63,761 nt of DNA, filler included, from Octopus bimaculoides (GCF_001194135.2; 4 parts of 4 records of this genome joined end to end with filler, not necessarily neighbours in it); one strand, 5' to 3'. Counted from the first letter of the whole stretch, positions 24,889 through 38,867 are shown. Program-made: numbers and translations. Notes: a model not told the origin generated them from the sequence alone.

Positions 24889-25209
24889 GTGANNNNNNNN
24901 NNNNNNNNNNNNNNNNNNNNNNNNNNNNNNNNNNNNNNNNNNNNNNNNNNNNNNNNNNNNNNNNNNNNNNNNNNNNNNNNNNNNNNNNNNNNNNNNNNNN
25001 NNNNNNNNNNNNNNNNNNNNNNNNNNNNNNNNNNNNNNNNNNNNNNNNNNNNNNNNNNNNNNNNNNNNNNNNNNNNNNNNNNNNNNNNNNNNNNNNNNNN
25101 NNNNNNNNNNNNNNNNNNNNNNNNNNNNNNNNNNNNNNNNNNNNNNNNNNNNNNNNNNNNNNNNNNNNNNNNNNNNNNNNNNNNNNNNNNNNNNNNNNNN
25201 NNNNNNNNN

Positions 25210-25300
25210 CGATCTTCCAGATCCGAAATTTTCAGAAAATGTAAGCGTATTGACAAATTTGTTTCGTCGAACTGGAGGACTGCCGCCTTCACCAGATTGA
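25210..25300 (+). CDS. Candidate last coding exon part DLPDPKFSENVSVLTNLFRRTGGLPPSPD-stop
   Basis: Same frame as the 24782 exon across the gap; GA+C restores an Asp codon; TGA 25298-25300. Confidence 0.45.
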
Positions 25301-25833
25301 GCAGCTGCCTCGTAGACTTTGGCTCCGAAACTGTTGAATTATTCGACACTAGCTAGATTAATTTTGATTTCTACGGATACAAGGCACGCAACTCCTGGTT
25401 TGCTTTCTTTCCTTTCTTTTCCACTGTTTATATGTAAACATATATGCATTTTTTGTATTTTATGTATTTAATATACTTTATATATTGACCTCTCTAACTT
25501 GCTTATCCTTACACCTACTTCTATACTCACTCAAGTTTAAATCTCTTGAGCACTACAAAAGTGTATTTTATACGGAGAATATCTGATTCTCATCTATGAA
25601 TTATATATATATATGGAGCGAACACGACACAATGAAGTAGAGAAATTTGAAAAGACAATTTCTCAAAATACAATGTTTATATACCAAAAAGATTTTCTAA
25701 CATTTTTCTAACATTTTTCTGACATAATTTAAATATATACTTTAACCATGTAAGACAAGCCTTCTGTAGTTTTTTCACTCTTATTATCTTTTATACATCC
25801 AACCACGTGCTTTCACTTACCAACTTTCTCACC

Positions 25834-25868
<35 letters not shown>

Positions 25869-27169
25869 ATGTATATTCCGTATTATAAGTCTTGTTAGAT
25901 GTATTACTCTATTGTAAAACGCTCGATAAATTCCGCATTTATATTCAAAACAGATAGGTGGTAATATAGTAAATTTTCGCAAATTCGAAAAAGAAACTTG
26001 CAACTCCATAAATTATTTCAAACAGAGAAAAGTACTTAATATGTTAAGTAAGATATATTTATTCATTCAAGCTAAAGGCTCTCACAGTCACTTCTCTCGC
26101 TTCTTATTGACCTTCCAGCACACATGTACTTGACACAATTTCTTGTGTTATTAGTTCTGGAGATACTGGTTTTTCAAAGGCAATTATATTTCTGCTCACT
26201 TGGAAAAGTATAGGGATTTGCATCTAAATAAGAGATCACTATTGAGAGAAAAGTTTAAGCTTTTACTGAACCGGCGATGCTTTTTCTTAGTTTCTTGATT
26301 TTTCAAACTTCCAATATACTCTCTAATTTGTTTTTTTTACTGTGGATATGTGCAGAAACTTGCGTGAAAATTTTGTCGTTTTAAGTAAAACTATGTGCGC
26401 ATGTCAACCATCTTTAATTAAAAAAATATTTCAACTTAAAAGACCTCGCCTGTGTGTATATTTTTTCCTTGTGCACTAGTCGTAAAGCGAGTGCGTGTGC
26501 GCAGTCATACAGCTTAGAAGGAACACTTTATCAGTGAAGATACTCTCTCTAGCATTCTAGTACTGTTTGCGTTCTTTTGCTCCTGTTTGTAACCAAAACC
26601 TAATACTTATCTGTCTGTTTATCGTCTGCAGAAACTAATTATGTTAGAAGATTTTCGTATCATTATTATCTAATATGACAGAGAAATGGATTTATTATTC
26701 ACAGAAAATATCATTAATATTCTTGAGTTTCACTATTTGCTCGGATAAACAAAGTTCCCTATGTGAATTAAATCTTCCTAAAACTTCGGATTTTGGTATG
26801 TTGTATTAGCTGAATGGGAATAACGGGATCTAAAACATCTACAACCGATATAATTTCGTGTGTGCGGAAGTTCAAATAATATGACACCACCATCAGCCTG
26901 TGTGCTAGTTTATAGTTATTCATGGCTTCTACAGAGTAACTTTTAACTAGCAGGAAGGCAGAAGGTGGATAGTCAACTACGTCAACCTAGTATTTGATTG
27001 GCTCATATTTTATTGATAACAGTATGACCTAAACTAAGGATATAGACTTAAATAATGAGTAGGGCGAGGGATTATAGCCGATGCGCTAATGATTTTGCTA
27101 GCTTGTTGCTGTAATTGTTTCATATTATGGCATATACCAAGAATTTCGGACGGAGGAAGTTAGTTTCTT

Positions 27170-27512
27170 ACAGTGATCCAAAACTTGACTGTTACTTCAT
27201 TTTATCGATTCTGGAGGAACGAAATGCAAATTTTATCTAAGCGGGGTTCGAAGTCAAAGAGCTGGAAGAAATACCATAAAGTATTCTTCTGATGCTTTAA
27301 CGATTTCCATTTCACTATAGGCACAAAGCCTGACATTTTTGTGGGGGATAGTTCGATTACATCGACGTCAGTGCTAAAGTTGTACTTATTTCATCGACCC
27401 CGAAAGCATGAAAGGCAAAGTCGACTTCTGTGAAACCCAGACATTAAAGTCGGACTAAATGCCGCTAAGCATTTTCTCCTGCGTACTACAGCTTCTTTCA
27501 GCTCAACGCCTT
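27170..27512 (-). mobile_element. Two adjacent degraded SINE family A copies
   Basis: Repeated ATGAAAGGCAAAGTCGAC-type core and AAGCATTTT head remnants; an older remnant lies at about 26950-27110. Confidence 0.7.
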
Positions 27513-28439
27513 TCGCCACCTTCTAATAATAAATTATTTTTAATACAGGGAAGAAGTTAAATAATTTTATGGGCAAGGAACAGACAGTAGAACGATCCTA
27601 TTTCTTGACCACTGTCTATTTTATCATCACTGAAAACACGCAACTCATGGCTGCTTTCATATAGATTTGAACTCAGAGCATCCTTCGATGCAACTAAATA
27701 TTGCACAACATCTTAGTCTACACTAAACAGAATTTATCACGCCACATCCCAAACCACACTGTACATGAAAACAAATTGCTAGCCATCACATGAATAGCCA
27801 TTTTAACCTCGACATTAAGATAGCAGATAACTTTCTTGATCTGTATGCTGTCGTCGTATAAAATAGAATTGAACTTGTTGACTATATATCCCGAGTCTAT
27901 GTATCGATTTTAGAGTTGGAATCTTATCAAAACTATTTGAATCAGAAACGGTTTCTGTTCTAGCTACTCCTGGCTCTTATAAAAATAGATTGGATTATCT
28001 TATTGCTCTGTAATATAAAAATATCGAGAAAGTTAATATCAGGTTAGTACCAAATAGAAAGAACAAAAATATATCATTCTTCAAAACTAAGTAAGATTTC
28101 CTAAGTCAACCAGATTTTCACGGAAAGATATTACATTCTTGTTTAGTTCAATCTCAGTATTTGTATTTCCCTGTAGTGATATAACGCATATTATATATAT
28201 TTGATTATATGTATTTATTTTCTCTTAGTTGACAATTAACTCCGACAAAATAAATTGGTTAATAGATACCAGAGTAGCAAAGATCACAAAATGACTGTGG
28301 TGTAACTCCTGTTTATGTGGTAGAAACTCCCTGTTACTTTGGGGCATTTGAGTAAATATAAAATTTAATAAATGGAGTAATAAGAGAATTCATTTAACAT
28401 ATGCGTATCACTCCATTTATTAAATTATATATATATATA

Positions 28440-28539
28440 NNNNNNNNNNNNNNNNNNNNNNNNNNNNNNNNNNNNNNNNNNNNTTAATTAATTAANNNNN
28501 NNNNNNNNNNNNNNNNNNNNNNNNNNNNNNNNNNNNNNN
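28440..28539. other. Artificial scaffold linker 1
   Basis: 44 N + TTAATTAATTAA (28484-28495) + 44 N. Confidence 0.95.
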
Positions 28540-28672
28540 CACACACACACACACATATATATATATAAGCCTGGTACATATTCTACTGTTTTCTTTTGCT
28601 GAACAGCTCAGTTATAGAGATATAATCACACCAGCAGCAACTATTAAGCTGTGCAACAAACTGATACAAATA

Positions 28673-29582
28673 CCGTAAACCTTCGAGAATAATCCACCCT
28701 TGAGTATAATACGCAGGGGATTTTTAGGAGGCTGTACCTCTGAAAAACCGAAACCTTGTGTATAATACGCACCCCTTCTCTAACTTGAGTCAAGGAGGTG
28801 TATATAACGTCCTTGGTTTGTAAATATATATACGGTAACGTCCTTTATTGTTATTGTATATATATATAATTAATGCAAACATGTAGCTTTGTTGTGCACT
28901 TTGTTTGCAGAAAATAAAGAAACAGTAATAACGTCAGTGAAAAATAAATACTAAGTAAATTGCCTTTACATATTTATCACTATCAGTTACAAAAGCAAAA
29001 ATATTTATTCAAACTCTTCAAATTCAACATCACTTTCAGCATCAAATAACTGTTCCATTTGTTCCTCCGTAAACATGTCAGTATCATTGTAGTGTAAATC
29101 ACTTACATTTATTTCATCTTTCCATAAAACGTCATCCTGAGTACCATCCAGTGCAGACGATATACAACATTTGATAAAACTTTTCACAATAATCGGGCGA
29201 TCAAGTTCATTCCATGCATACACGATCCATTTGCATATCAAAGTCAGGTTGGGAGCGTGAATCCTTCCACCTTTAGTGAAAGACTTTTCTCCAGTCGACA
29301 TCCATTCAGTCCATAAATCATGCAATTTGTTTTTAATCGGTTTGTTAATAGAGACAACTAATGACTGCAATATGGAGGTCATACCCCTACAATGATAGCA
29401 TCATCTGTTTTGTGACGTTTTTTTAAATGCTTGAGTTTATCTAAACATTGCCGGACAGCAAATACAGACTCAGCATTGCTTAGAAAATATTTTTCATTTT
29501 TAACCCCGTATATAGTACACATTAGGGAATTTGACCTTTAAATTTGGGGAAAAAAATGTGGATTATATTTAAGGATTTACGG
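28673..29582 (-). mobile_element. pogo/Tigger-type DNA transposon, internal deletion derivative
   Basis: TA|CCGTAAACCTTCGAGAATAATCC ... GGATTATATTTAAGGATTTACGG|TA imperfect TIRs with TA TSD; subterminal TATAATACGCA repeats. Confidence 0.9.
29005..29400 (-). pseudogene. pogo transposase C-terminal remnant (DDE_1-type)
   Basis: MTSILQSLVVSINKPIK, WIVYAW, IVKSFIKCCIS, LDGTQDDVLW and acidic tail; the Asp of the QPLD motif is replaced. Confidence 0.88.
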
Positions 29583-29618
29583 TACATGCACACAGAAGTG
29601 TGTGTGTGTGTGTGCGTG

Positions 29619-29662
<44 letters not shown>

Positions 29663-30289
29663 TATACAATGATATTCTTTCTGGTTTCATCTATTCAATG
29701 CACTCAAGGCTTTGGGTGGCCTAAGGCTATTTTAGAAGACAATTGCAATGTTCCTTGCAGTGGAACTGAACCCAGGTCCAGGTGGTTGTGAAGCAAAGTT
29801 CTTATCACAGAGCCATGACTTCACCTAGGTATAGATATATATATATGTATTTGCATATATATATTCAAATACATGTCAGTATATAATATGTACACATTCA
29901 AACATAAATACACATACACAAACAAATACATATGTGTATATATACATACATACATATTAAGTGTAAAGTACCCCTTCAATCACAAATGATCATAGGACTG
30001 CACCTAGAATGTTCTTCTCTGCAGTACAAGTCTGGGCAAAGTTGTTTATGGAAGACCAGCAGTCATTTAGGCATACTTGTATATGTATTTGTTCATACAT
30101 ATGTATGTGTGCGTAAGTATATATTTCAGTATATGTATATATATTTGTGTGTGATTATATATATCTATGTGCGTATGTGAAGAACATAAATGGGGTTTAA
30201 AATCTACTACTGCTGTTTTGGCAGAAATGTTTTTATGTATTCATAGATTACATTGTAGCATATTCCCCAGCCCACTGACGTTGTCCAAG

Positions 30290-30470
30290 GAAAAGCAAAG
30301 GCCAATGCAGCTTGGCATCAGTGTCATTGCAACTCATTTCTACAGCTGAGTAAACTGGGGGAATGTGAAAAAAAGAGTCTTGCTCAAGAACACAACACAC
30401 AGCCTTGTCCTGGAATAGAAGTCAAAGCCACAAACTCACAATTGTAAGCCTGACACTAATCACTGAGCCA
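30290..30470 (-). mobile_element. CORE-type SINE (family C, OR1/OR2-like)
   Basis: Reverse complement GGCTCAGTGATTAG head and GTGTTCTTGAGCAAGAC CORE-like segment; further remnants at about 29660-29820 and 30580-30670. Confidence 0.65.
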
Positions 30471-31324
30471 AAAATATAGACACATACTTATGCATGTGTG
30501 TGTTGATGCTTAATTACAGCTATCAAGTTAAGACAAGGAGACACCAGGAAACAGAAGCATGTGCACACATATGAATAAGACAGTTTCACCTGTGGCTGTA
30601 ATAAAAGACACTTGTTCACATGACACACAGTCACACTGAACCTGCAACTATATGGTTGGGAAATGAACTTAATTTTATGTACTTCTCTACTTGTAAAGCT
30701 CAGTTACAATGTATGACTGTAGTAATGTGGTATATTATATGAGTGATCAACTTGCTGTGTTACAAATCATATGTTGAATGTTCAAATTTGGTACATAATA
30801 ATTGCTTGTTTTAGTTTTTACCTCGGGGACAGCATATACATCTTTACAACTGAATGATTAATGCCACTAGCATCAGTCTCAATGAAGATTTGTTACAAAA
30901 AGAAATATTTCTCCTAGCACAAAATGGATGTAAATTATTAATAGAAAGTGCAAATTCCAGTTTATAAATTATAAAATCCTTCTCAATGTATTTCTTAATT
31001 TGAGTTATTAAACAAACATGAAAGTTATTTTATGTTTGCACAAATATGTAAAATGACTTCACTTTGAAATAAAATTTTCAAAGATGCTAGTGACTAACAA
31101 GATATTCTAATATCCAATGTTTCTTGTATGGAAAACTGACTCCAACAGGAAGCTTAGCTATATGCTATACAAACCAATATCTAAATACTGAAAGGAGTAA
31201 AATAGAAAATGATAATCAAGGCTGTTGAAAAATATCTCATGATTTTTAGATATATCTCTTATTTAAGGCAATTATACATTTTGAATATTTTTAATTTTTT
31301 AAAAATAACAAATCAAGCCAGCAA

Positions 31325-31545
31325 TAAAATGGCAGAGACTATAAACCAACAAAGAAGCCTCTATGCAATGGATTAACCTGCAAGAAATAGGAGCTAAACC
31401 ACCCTCAAATCTCATCCTACCATTTTAAAAGCAAGGCTTACATAAAGTGATACTTGACACACTATGTCAGAAAAAAGGATGACATAGTCATGACTGGAAT
31501 GCTTTGATCAAAGGCATTCTCAACCAAGGTTGACTTGAGGCTAAA
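31325..31545 (+). mobile_element. Old dispersed repeat family D (AGAAATAGCAGCCAAATCTCCCTCAAATCACAC-type)
   Basis: Similar to 47880-48095, 58520-59065, 59560-59680 and minus copies near 16040-16180, 17300-17430, 54100-54240. Confidence 0.6.
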
Positions 31546-34500
31546 CATCAACTGATACATTCTAACAACATAGGAACAGCTTCAATGAGGTAAATGTGAT
31601 ACTTTATTAAACAAAAGTAATTTTTAATTATAATTTTCATTTGCCATGTTGTAAATAGTTCCAATTCATCATATTTGACAGAGAAGTAAATCAAATCATA
31701 AACTAAAAGATGATGTTCTTTTAATGCTTTAATGTTTAAACTGGCCATATCTGGTTCAAATATTCCAGCTGTTTTATGTTCAAACTGGCAAGATTCAGCC
31801 TTTTACACTTACCCTACAATGTTATTCAAAAACTAAACAAACACTATCAAAATCTCAAAGCAACTAGATAATGCATGATTAATTCAATACGAATAAATAA
31901 GCATTACATCTGACAGAGTCATTTGAATACTAAAGGGTTAAATATGTAGTCAATGATGCAAGTATGTCAACAGGTAAATTACAGTACAACTAGCCATCTA
32001 AGAATACTATTAAATGTGCAGACATTGAAATGAAGAGTTTCAAATACTGAATCTTAAAAATATAATAAATTATATAAAGGAAAATACAGATTCAGTAAAA
32101 TGATAATCTATAAAACTAATCTCTAACAATGACAAATGTTTTAAAATTTTCATTGACAAAAGCATTACAGAAATGTTCATGATGGCTTGTCTTCGAAAAT
32201 GCCACCCAATTCTCAAGAAAGGATTCTAAACAGTTGATCATACAAAAATTCACTTGCAAAACATTGAAATAAACAAATGACATCATTGGTAGAAAAACGA
32301 TTTGCAATGAGAAGTCTAAACGTGAATATTGCAGGCTGTTACATACAAAATTAAGATAACTTGAAATCACTGGAATTTGATAGGTAATAAAGAATTGGTC
32401 AGGAACTATAAATCAAAATCAATAAATTTTAAAAGAAATATCACAAAGAAGAAACTGAATATATAAATATAAATTAAGCAGAAGCAAGATCTGTCCATTG
32501 GCATTGTAAGTCAATGAACATGCCTTCATTATATTATGACTTATGGTTTACTAATATCAGTATACTAGTACAATGTTTATATATGGATCCATCATAATTT
32601 GAAATGTTAAAAGTAACATATTATTAAGGAAATCTAAAAGTTTTAGAGTTCCTTTATGATGAATTCGACTTCTTTCAAAAATTCTTAATAATAGTATTAA
32701 TAATAGTAATTTTTAAATTAATCTTCTGCTTATATAAATTCAAACTGAAAAAAGTTCTTTTCTTTTTTACGTTACACTAACTAGTTGAGAACAACTTCTA
32801 TTTGCTTTTTTTTTTAAGCATATTCAAATTCATTCATGCTTATAAACATAAAGTCAACAAAAGATAAAATTTAATTTGCTCTAGTATGAAATAGAAAATT
32901 TTAAAAAATAAGATAACAATTAAAGATGTGTGTAGATTATTATCACAGTGATGATAGCTTAACAACACAAGCTGTATTAAACAGAAAGGATTTCAATTTA
33001 AACACATATCAAAATTTTATTTAGACATAGATGTTGATGAATACCAACAATTAAGTAAATAGTATATCTTCAGTTTTAATTTCATTACATCTTAGAAACA
33101 AAAGAAATATTAACCTGTACATGTAACATAAAATAGAAGGGAAAATACTACAGAACAAAAGAATACACAGAAAAAGAAACAAAGTAAATTGCATTTCCAG
33201 AATGTATATAATTTTAAAATTCTAAAATAAATTTGAGAAAAAAAAAACAAACTATAGGTGATAGCTATCAACAGCTAACTTTTAGTATCATTAACTACTG
33301 ATTTCTACAAATACATTTTATATTCCACTGAAATAAATCTAAAATAAAAAATGTACAATGTATTAATAAAATTTAGTACAGAGATCTAAACACTAAGTAG
33401 TACCGGTACTAAACTGAGAACATTTTACCCAAACTAAGTTTGTAGATAAATACTAAAATATAGAAAAGATACTGTAGTCACTCATAAAGAGGAAACACAA
33501 AATAAAGGTACAAAATAATTTTGCTTAATTCATTTGATAAATTGGTAACAAATCAAATGAACATTGTAAAATTTGTATGTGTGTTTGTTTTAAAAGTAAA
33601 CTATAAGAAGAATAGGATAAAACTATACTGAAGAGAATCATCTACAGAAAATAATTTTTGCTTCATTCCATTTTGATTATTCTTTACTCTTACTGGCAGT
33701 TTAATCTCATTATTTGCAATACAATATGACAGTAAGAGAAAATACCTTTTGACTCAATGCTTATAGTGCACTGGGATTATGTAAGAGAGAGAGAGGAAGG
33801 AAGAAGGAAAAAGATGAGAGAGGAAGTAAGACAAAAGAGAAGAGAGTATGATGTAGAAGCAATAAGAAAAGGAATTCAATACGAATAATTAATAATGTCT
33901 TTAATCCAAAGCAAAAACACTAACTGAATCAATAATTTTAATGTTACTATTTTATGTCCTACTATGAAAGAACAAAAATAAACACCAGCAGGATTTGAAC
34001 TCAGAACAATGAAATAAATACTTCACTAAGTTAAAGTTTATATTTTGATCTTCTGAATGTCTGAGCCAATTCCTTCACCATAGAATGAATACATAATGAA
34101 TGATGCATAAGTTTAATGTGATGTCGTGGTGGTGGTCGTGGTGGGAGGGTGTTTAGTGCTGCTTCTTAAATAAAATATAAGTAAATTGGTAATGTTTTCA
34201 AAACTCTAAAATATAATCCAGCACAATATATGAATTTTAGATTTTTGAATATAAAATATTACTAAATAAATTAATTTTCATTTTTGAGATTGCCTAAAAC
34301 CTTTTAATTATACACTAAATGTCATCCCATTTGATTAGACAAATAATGTTATATACATGAAATAAAATGTTAATAGGAAACTATTAAAAATGAATTCAGA
34401 TAAAGTTAATAATTCAAAAAGAAGAAGTTTTAAAGATAGCATATTCACACTACTAAATCTTAAAAATACTAATTTACTTTTAGGAAATTTTCCATGAAAT

Positions 34501-35791
34501 TTTTGAAACTATGAATGCCTGCATTTATAGAAAACTAAAGAATTTTAAAACTACAACAAGCAAAAAAAAAAAAAAAAATGTCTAAGCACTTTATGCAATA
34601 TCAATTTAATAATTAAGTAATTAATATTGACCATATTTTGTAAGTGAATACTTCCAATGATAATGCTTTAGTTGACTTCAATGAACCAACAGCATCATAA
34701 AATTCATATTTCTATAGCCAATAAGTATTCCTTAAGTATAAAACTTAAGTTATATGGTCATAGATTCAGCATCAAATTGAACAAACTGTTCAAAACATTA
34801 CAATAATTACTTTTTATACCAAGCTAATTGACAGTAAATGTTCAATAGAAAATTTCTTCAGTTGGTCGGTAATTACAGCAAGTCAACCAAGGCAAATATA
34901 TAATCAATATTTTAATAAAATTAACATGAATTTAATAAACACTATATATATATTTTCTTTAAATGAATTTCATTATACCGTTCATAAAAGTTTAAAAAAT
35001 TGAAGATTAAATGTACCTTAAATGGTTAGGCTACAATTTCATACAAGCTAAAACAATTTATGACAAATATTAAAAAAAAAAAACAAAAAAAAAAACTATC
35101 ATATGACAATGAGGCTGAAAATACATGTAACAAAATAGTTAATCTCTTGCCAGCTAAGATTAAATAAATACAAATCTCCTATATTAAAATAAATCCAACT
35201 AACTTTTAGATAAATACATTTAAAAAATTGAGATATATTTGTTCTTCATTTTTTCAAATTGCAAAAATACATTTTAAAAATGAAAGACTTAAGCTTATGT
35301 TGAAAATATTTTTAATTATTCATAGTTTACCTTCAAGAGATTAAGCATTTATAAAATACTATATTTAAAATATTTTACAGACAAAAGTAGAAAAAAAAAG
35401 AGGCAAATACTCCAATATAGACCATAAAACAATCTGGTTAAACTATAGATTATCACTACAAATTATAGATAGTGCAATTTAATGATTTATAGTTTTACCC
35501 CTCCAAACTGAAACAACTGAATTTCTATATGGCAAAATGAGTTCAAACAATTTAATTAAATATTAGAAACAGATACAAGTATAAAAATCCCTATATCTAC
35601 AAACTCATTTTTCAATGAAACAATCTAAACACAAGAAAGATTTAATTAAGCATGGTGTCTGTATTTTATAATGATTACCACAATAAGTCATATTTCTTCA
35701 GTGCATTCAGTTTTTAGGTCTTCAACAATAAATAAATGTAAGTGAATATTAAATGTTAAGGTACAGGGATTCAAAAAACCTGTATGAAGAT

Positions 35792-35901
35792 CTAGTTTCT
35801 AGAGCACTGCAAACGTCTTGGACAAATATCCCCCCAGGATATTTTTCAATTCCACATCATGTTCTGTTAAAGGTTTAAAGCCCATGATTCAACAAAATGA
35901 A
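35792..35901 (-). CDS. Candidate last exon xHFVESWGFKPLTEHDVELKNILGDICPRRLQCSRN-stop
   Basis: tttatctacttcag| acceptor; phase-1 frame open 35 codons to TAG; followed by long unique AT-rich sequence. Confidence 0.55.
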
Positions 35902-36708
35902 CTGAAGTAGATAAATTTGCTTATTCAGAAACATAGAAATATCTTTAATGGTATAAACATTCAACCCAAGCACCAGAATCACAATAATTTATCCCCCCTC
36001 CCATTTTTTTTTTATTTCTGTGTGTACGTGCGAGAGTATATGCATGTCTAATTTTATGCATATTTACAATTGATGTTCTCTAAAATTATGTACTTCACAA
36101 TAAGCATTTTTGTGTACATTACGTACTCATTCACTCACACATACAACCCGCACACATGGATGTGAGAGTATTGGGGCATATATATGCACACGTGAGTGTG
36201 TGAATATATATATATTCATACACACATACATACATGCACACACACATATACGTGTATATATANNNNNNNNNNNNNNNNNNNNNNNNNNNNNNNNNNNNNN
36301 NNNNNNNNNNNNNNNNNNNNNNNNNNNNNNNNNNNNNNNNNNNNNNNNNNNNNNNNNNNNNNNNNNNNNNNNNNNNNNNNNNNNNNNNNNNNNNNNNNNN
36401 NNNNNNNNNNNNNNNNNNNNNNNNNNNNNNNNNTTTATATATACATATATACTCATACATACATGCACTAACATACAGATATGCCTGCATACATACTTAC
36501 AGATAAAGAAACACACACACACATTTAAATATATCAGTTAGGGTCATTGATGAAGCCAGTGTCTGAAATTACTTCCTGCTGACAAAAAGCAGCTGATAAA
36601 AAAGCCAAACACATTGAGGTATATATCTGAATAGCAGTCAAATATAGTTTGCAAATAACAGGACACAGCTTTCAACATCTGCTCAGGAGGCTTAAGTTCG
36701 AAACTTAC

Positions 36709-36777
36709 ATTGACGGATCTTCCAGCTCATGGCTCCAAGTATGTGATTCTAGAAGCTCGTCACTTCTTCTGTCTTTC
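36709..36777 (-). CDS. Candidate 69-nt alternative exon (GKTEEVTSF-stop in phase 1; ERQKK-stop in phase 0)
   Basis: gtaccatag| acceptor, AAT|gtaagt consensus donor. Confidence 0.55.
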
Positions 36778-37241
36778 CTATGGTACATATATGTAACAAT
36801 GGTATATTGAAAAATGGTTCAATGACTTCAATATAGTCCTTAATCTAATAAATATTTATAAAACTAAAAGAACAGAAGTAAAATTCAAGAAATATATATG
36901 TATATATGAATATATATGTATATACATGCATACATACAAGCATACCACCAAATGTCCAAACATACAACATATAAGTAAAAACTCATTTCTTAATACTAAG
37001 CATGAATGTATATACATACACAAAGATATACATGTATATACATATACATATGTATATATATATATACATGTATATACTAATACTGTAAGGTATAAGTATA
37101 TGAAGTTCGAACAACTGGATATTGGTACTACTTTGCAAAGCAGTATCATAAAATATATATGTATATATATGTACATATTTATAAATATATATATGTGTCT
37201 GCATATATATATGTGTGTGTGTATGTGTGTGAGTGTGTATG

Positions 37242-37300
<59 letters not shown>

Positions 37301-37586
37301 GCATACATACATATAGTTACACTCACGTGCACACATGCATATACATTTATAAAGTACATATATATGTATATGCGCATAGAAATATGCATGTGCATGTGTG
37401 AACATATACATATACACACATATAAATATCAACACATACATGTACACACACATGAATAGATGCACACGCAAACACTTATAAAAGTAATAATGTACTGCGG
37501 TGTGTGTGTGTGCATATATATATATACATACATACACACATGTATACACATACACATATAAATATGCTTCCCATTACACATGCACA

Positions 37587-37632
<46 letters not shown>

Positions 37633-38799
37633 NNNNNNNNNNNNNNNNNNNNNNNNNNNNNNNNNNNNNNNNNNNNNNNNNNNNNNNNNNNNNNNNNNNN
37701 NNNNNNNNNNNNNNNNNNNNNNNNNNNNNNNNNNNNNNNNNNNNNNNNNNNNNNNNNNNNNNNNNNNNNNNNNNNNNNNNNNNNNNNNNNNNNNNNNNNN
37801 NNNNNNNNNNNNNNNNNNNNNNNNNNNNNNNNNNNNNNNNNNNNNNNNNNNNNNNNNNNNNNNNNNNNNNNNNNNNNNNNNNNNNNNNNNNNNNNNNNNN
37901 NNNNNNNNNNNNNNNNNNNNNNNNNNNNNNNNNNNNNNNNNNNNNNNNNNNNNNNNNNNNNNNNNNNNNNNNNNNNNNNNNNNNNNNNNNNNNNNNNNNN
38001 NNNNNNNNNNNNNNNNNNNNNNNNNNNNNNNNNNNNNNNNNNNNNNNNNNNNNNNNNNNNNNNNNNNNNNNNNNNNNNNNNNNNNNNNNNNNNNNNNNNN
38101 NNNTATATATATATATATATATGCATACATGTAATAAAGCATTTCTATTTTTCTATCAGTACTTTTAGTCCAAAAAGCACCCACATATGCAAACTTTTTC
38201 ACATACATACATACATATATATATACATACATATATATAAACACATATACATACGTATATATGTACTTATATATCTAAAGTATTCACATCTGAAAAAGGA
38301 GAGAAATTAAAGAAAATTAAGAGAGGAAAGATGAGTAGAAAATATAGACTAATTGTACTATAATTAGTTTCTATCACAGCTGAAAGCAAAGTGTGACACA
38401 TGTCGATAAGCTGGGTCTATTGTGGCCACTGTTATTTCCACCATACATGGTTATTCAAGCAAATTGAATAACTATAGTGTCAACTGGAATGATACGGAGA
38501 AAGGGATTTATGCATTCTCTTTTTTTTTTCCACCACAATTAATTTTTATCCAGTTGACAGGAATTGGCTAAGCCATCCAGATTTTAGTTTGACTAAATAT
38601 TCTATATATTAAAGTAAATAAAAACACTCCTTACTTGGTTTTGTGTCATAAAAATGACATTAGAAATATCCTTCATACTATTGGATTTAAATGTGAAATT
38701 CATACACTGACTTTCAATAATTTCCGGTGCTTTTCTAATCATGTTGGTAATAAAGAAGAAAAAATATTATATTTAATAAAAAAGAAAAGATAACATTAC

Positions 38800-38867
38800 C
38801 ATTTCCCCTATCACCTTTCTCACCACCACAAAATATCTTATGTAAAATTTAATATTGCAAGATATAC
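38800..38867 (-). CDS. Candidate 68-nt alternative exon (GISCNIKFYIRYFVVVRKVIGEM)
   Basis: tttgacattcag| acceptor, ATG|gtaatg donor; only the phase-1 frame reads through. Confidence 0.4.

Noticed and set aside
24783-25349. Minus-strand ORF MSNNSTVSEPK... across the gap
   Set aside because: It is the in-phase antisense of the + strand exon pair, which has splice sites at the right places; the minus frame has none that I can support.
35792-35891. UGA readthrough or selenocysteine in the last minus-strand exon
   Set aside because: Careful recount shows the downstream ORF is not in frame with that UGA; it is simply open from the acceptor in phase 1.
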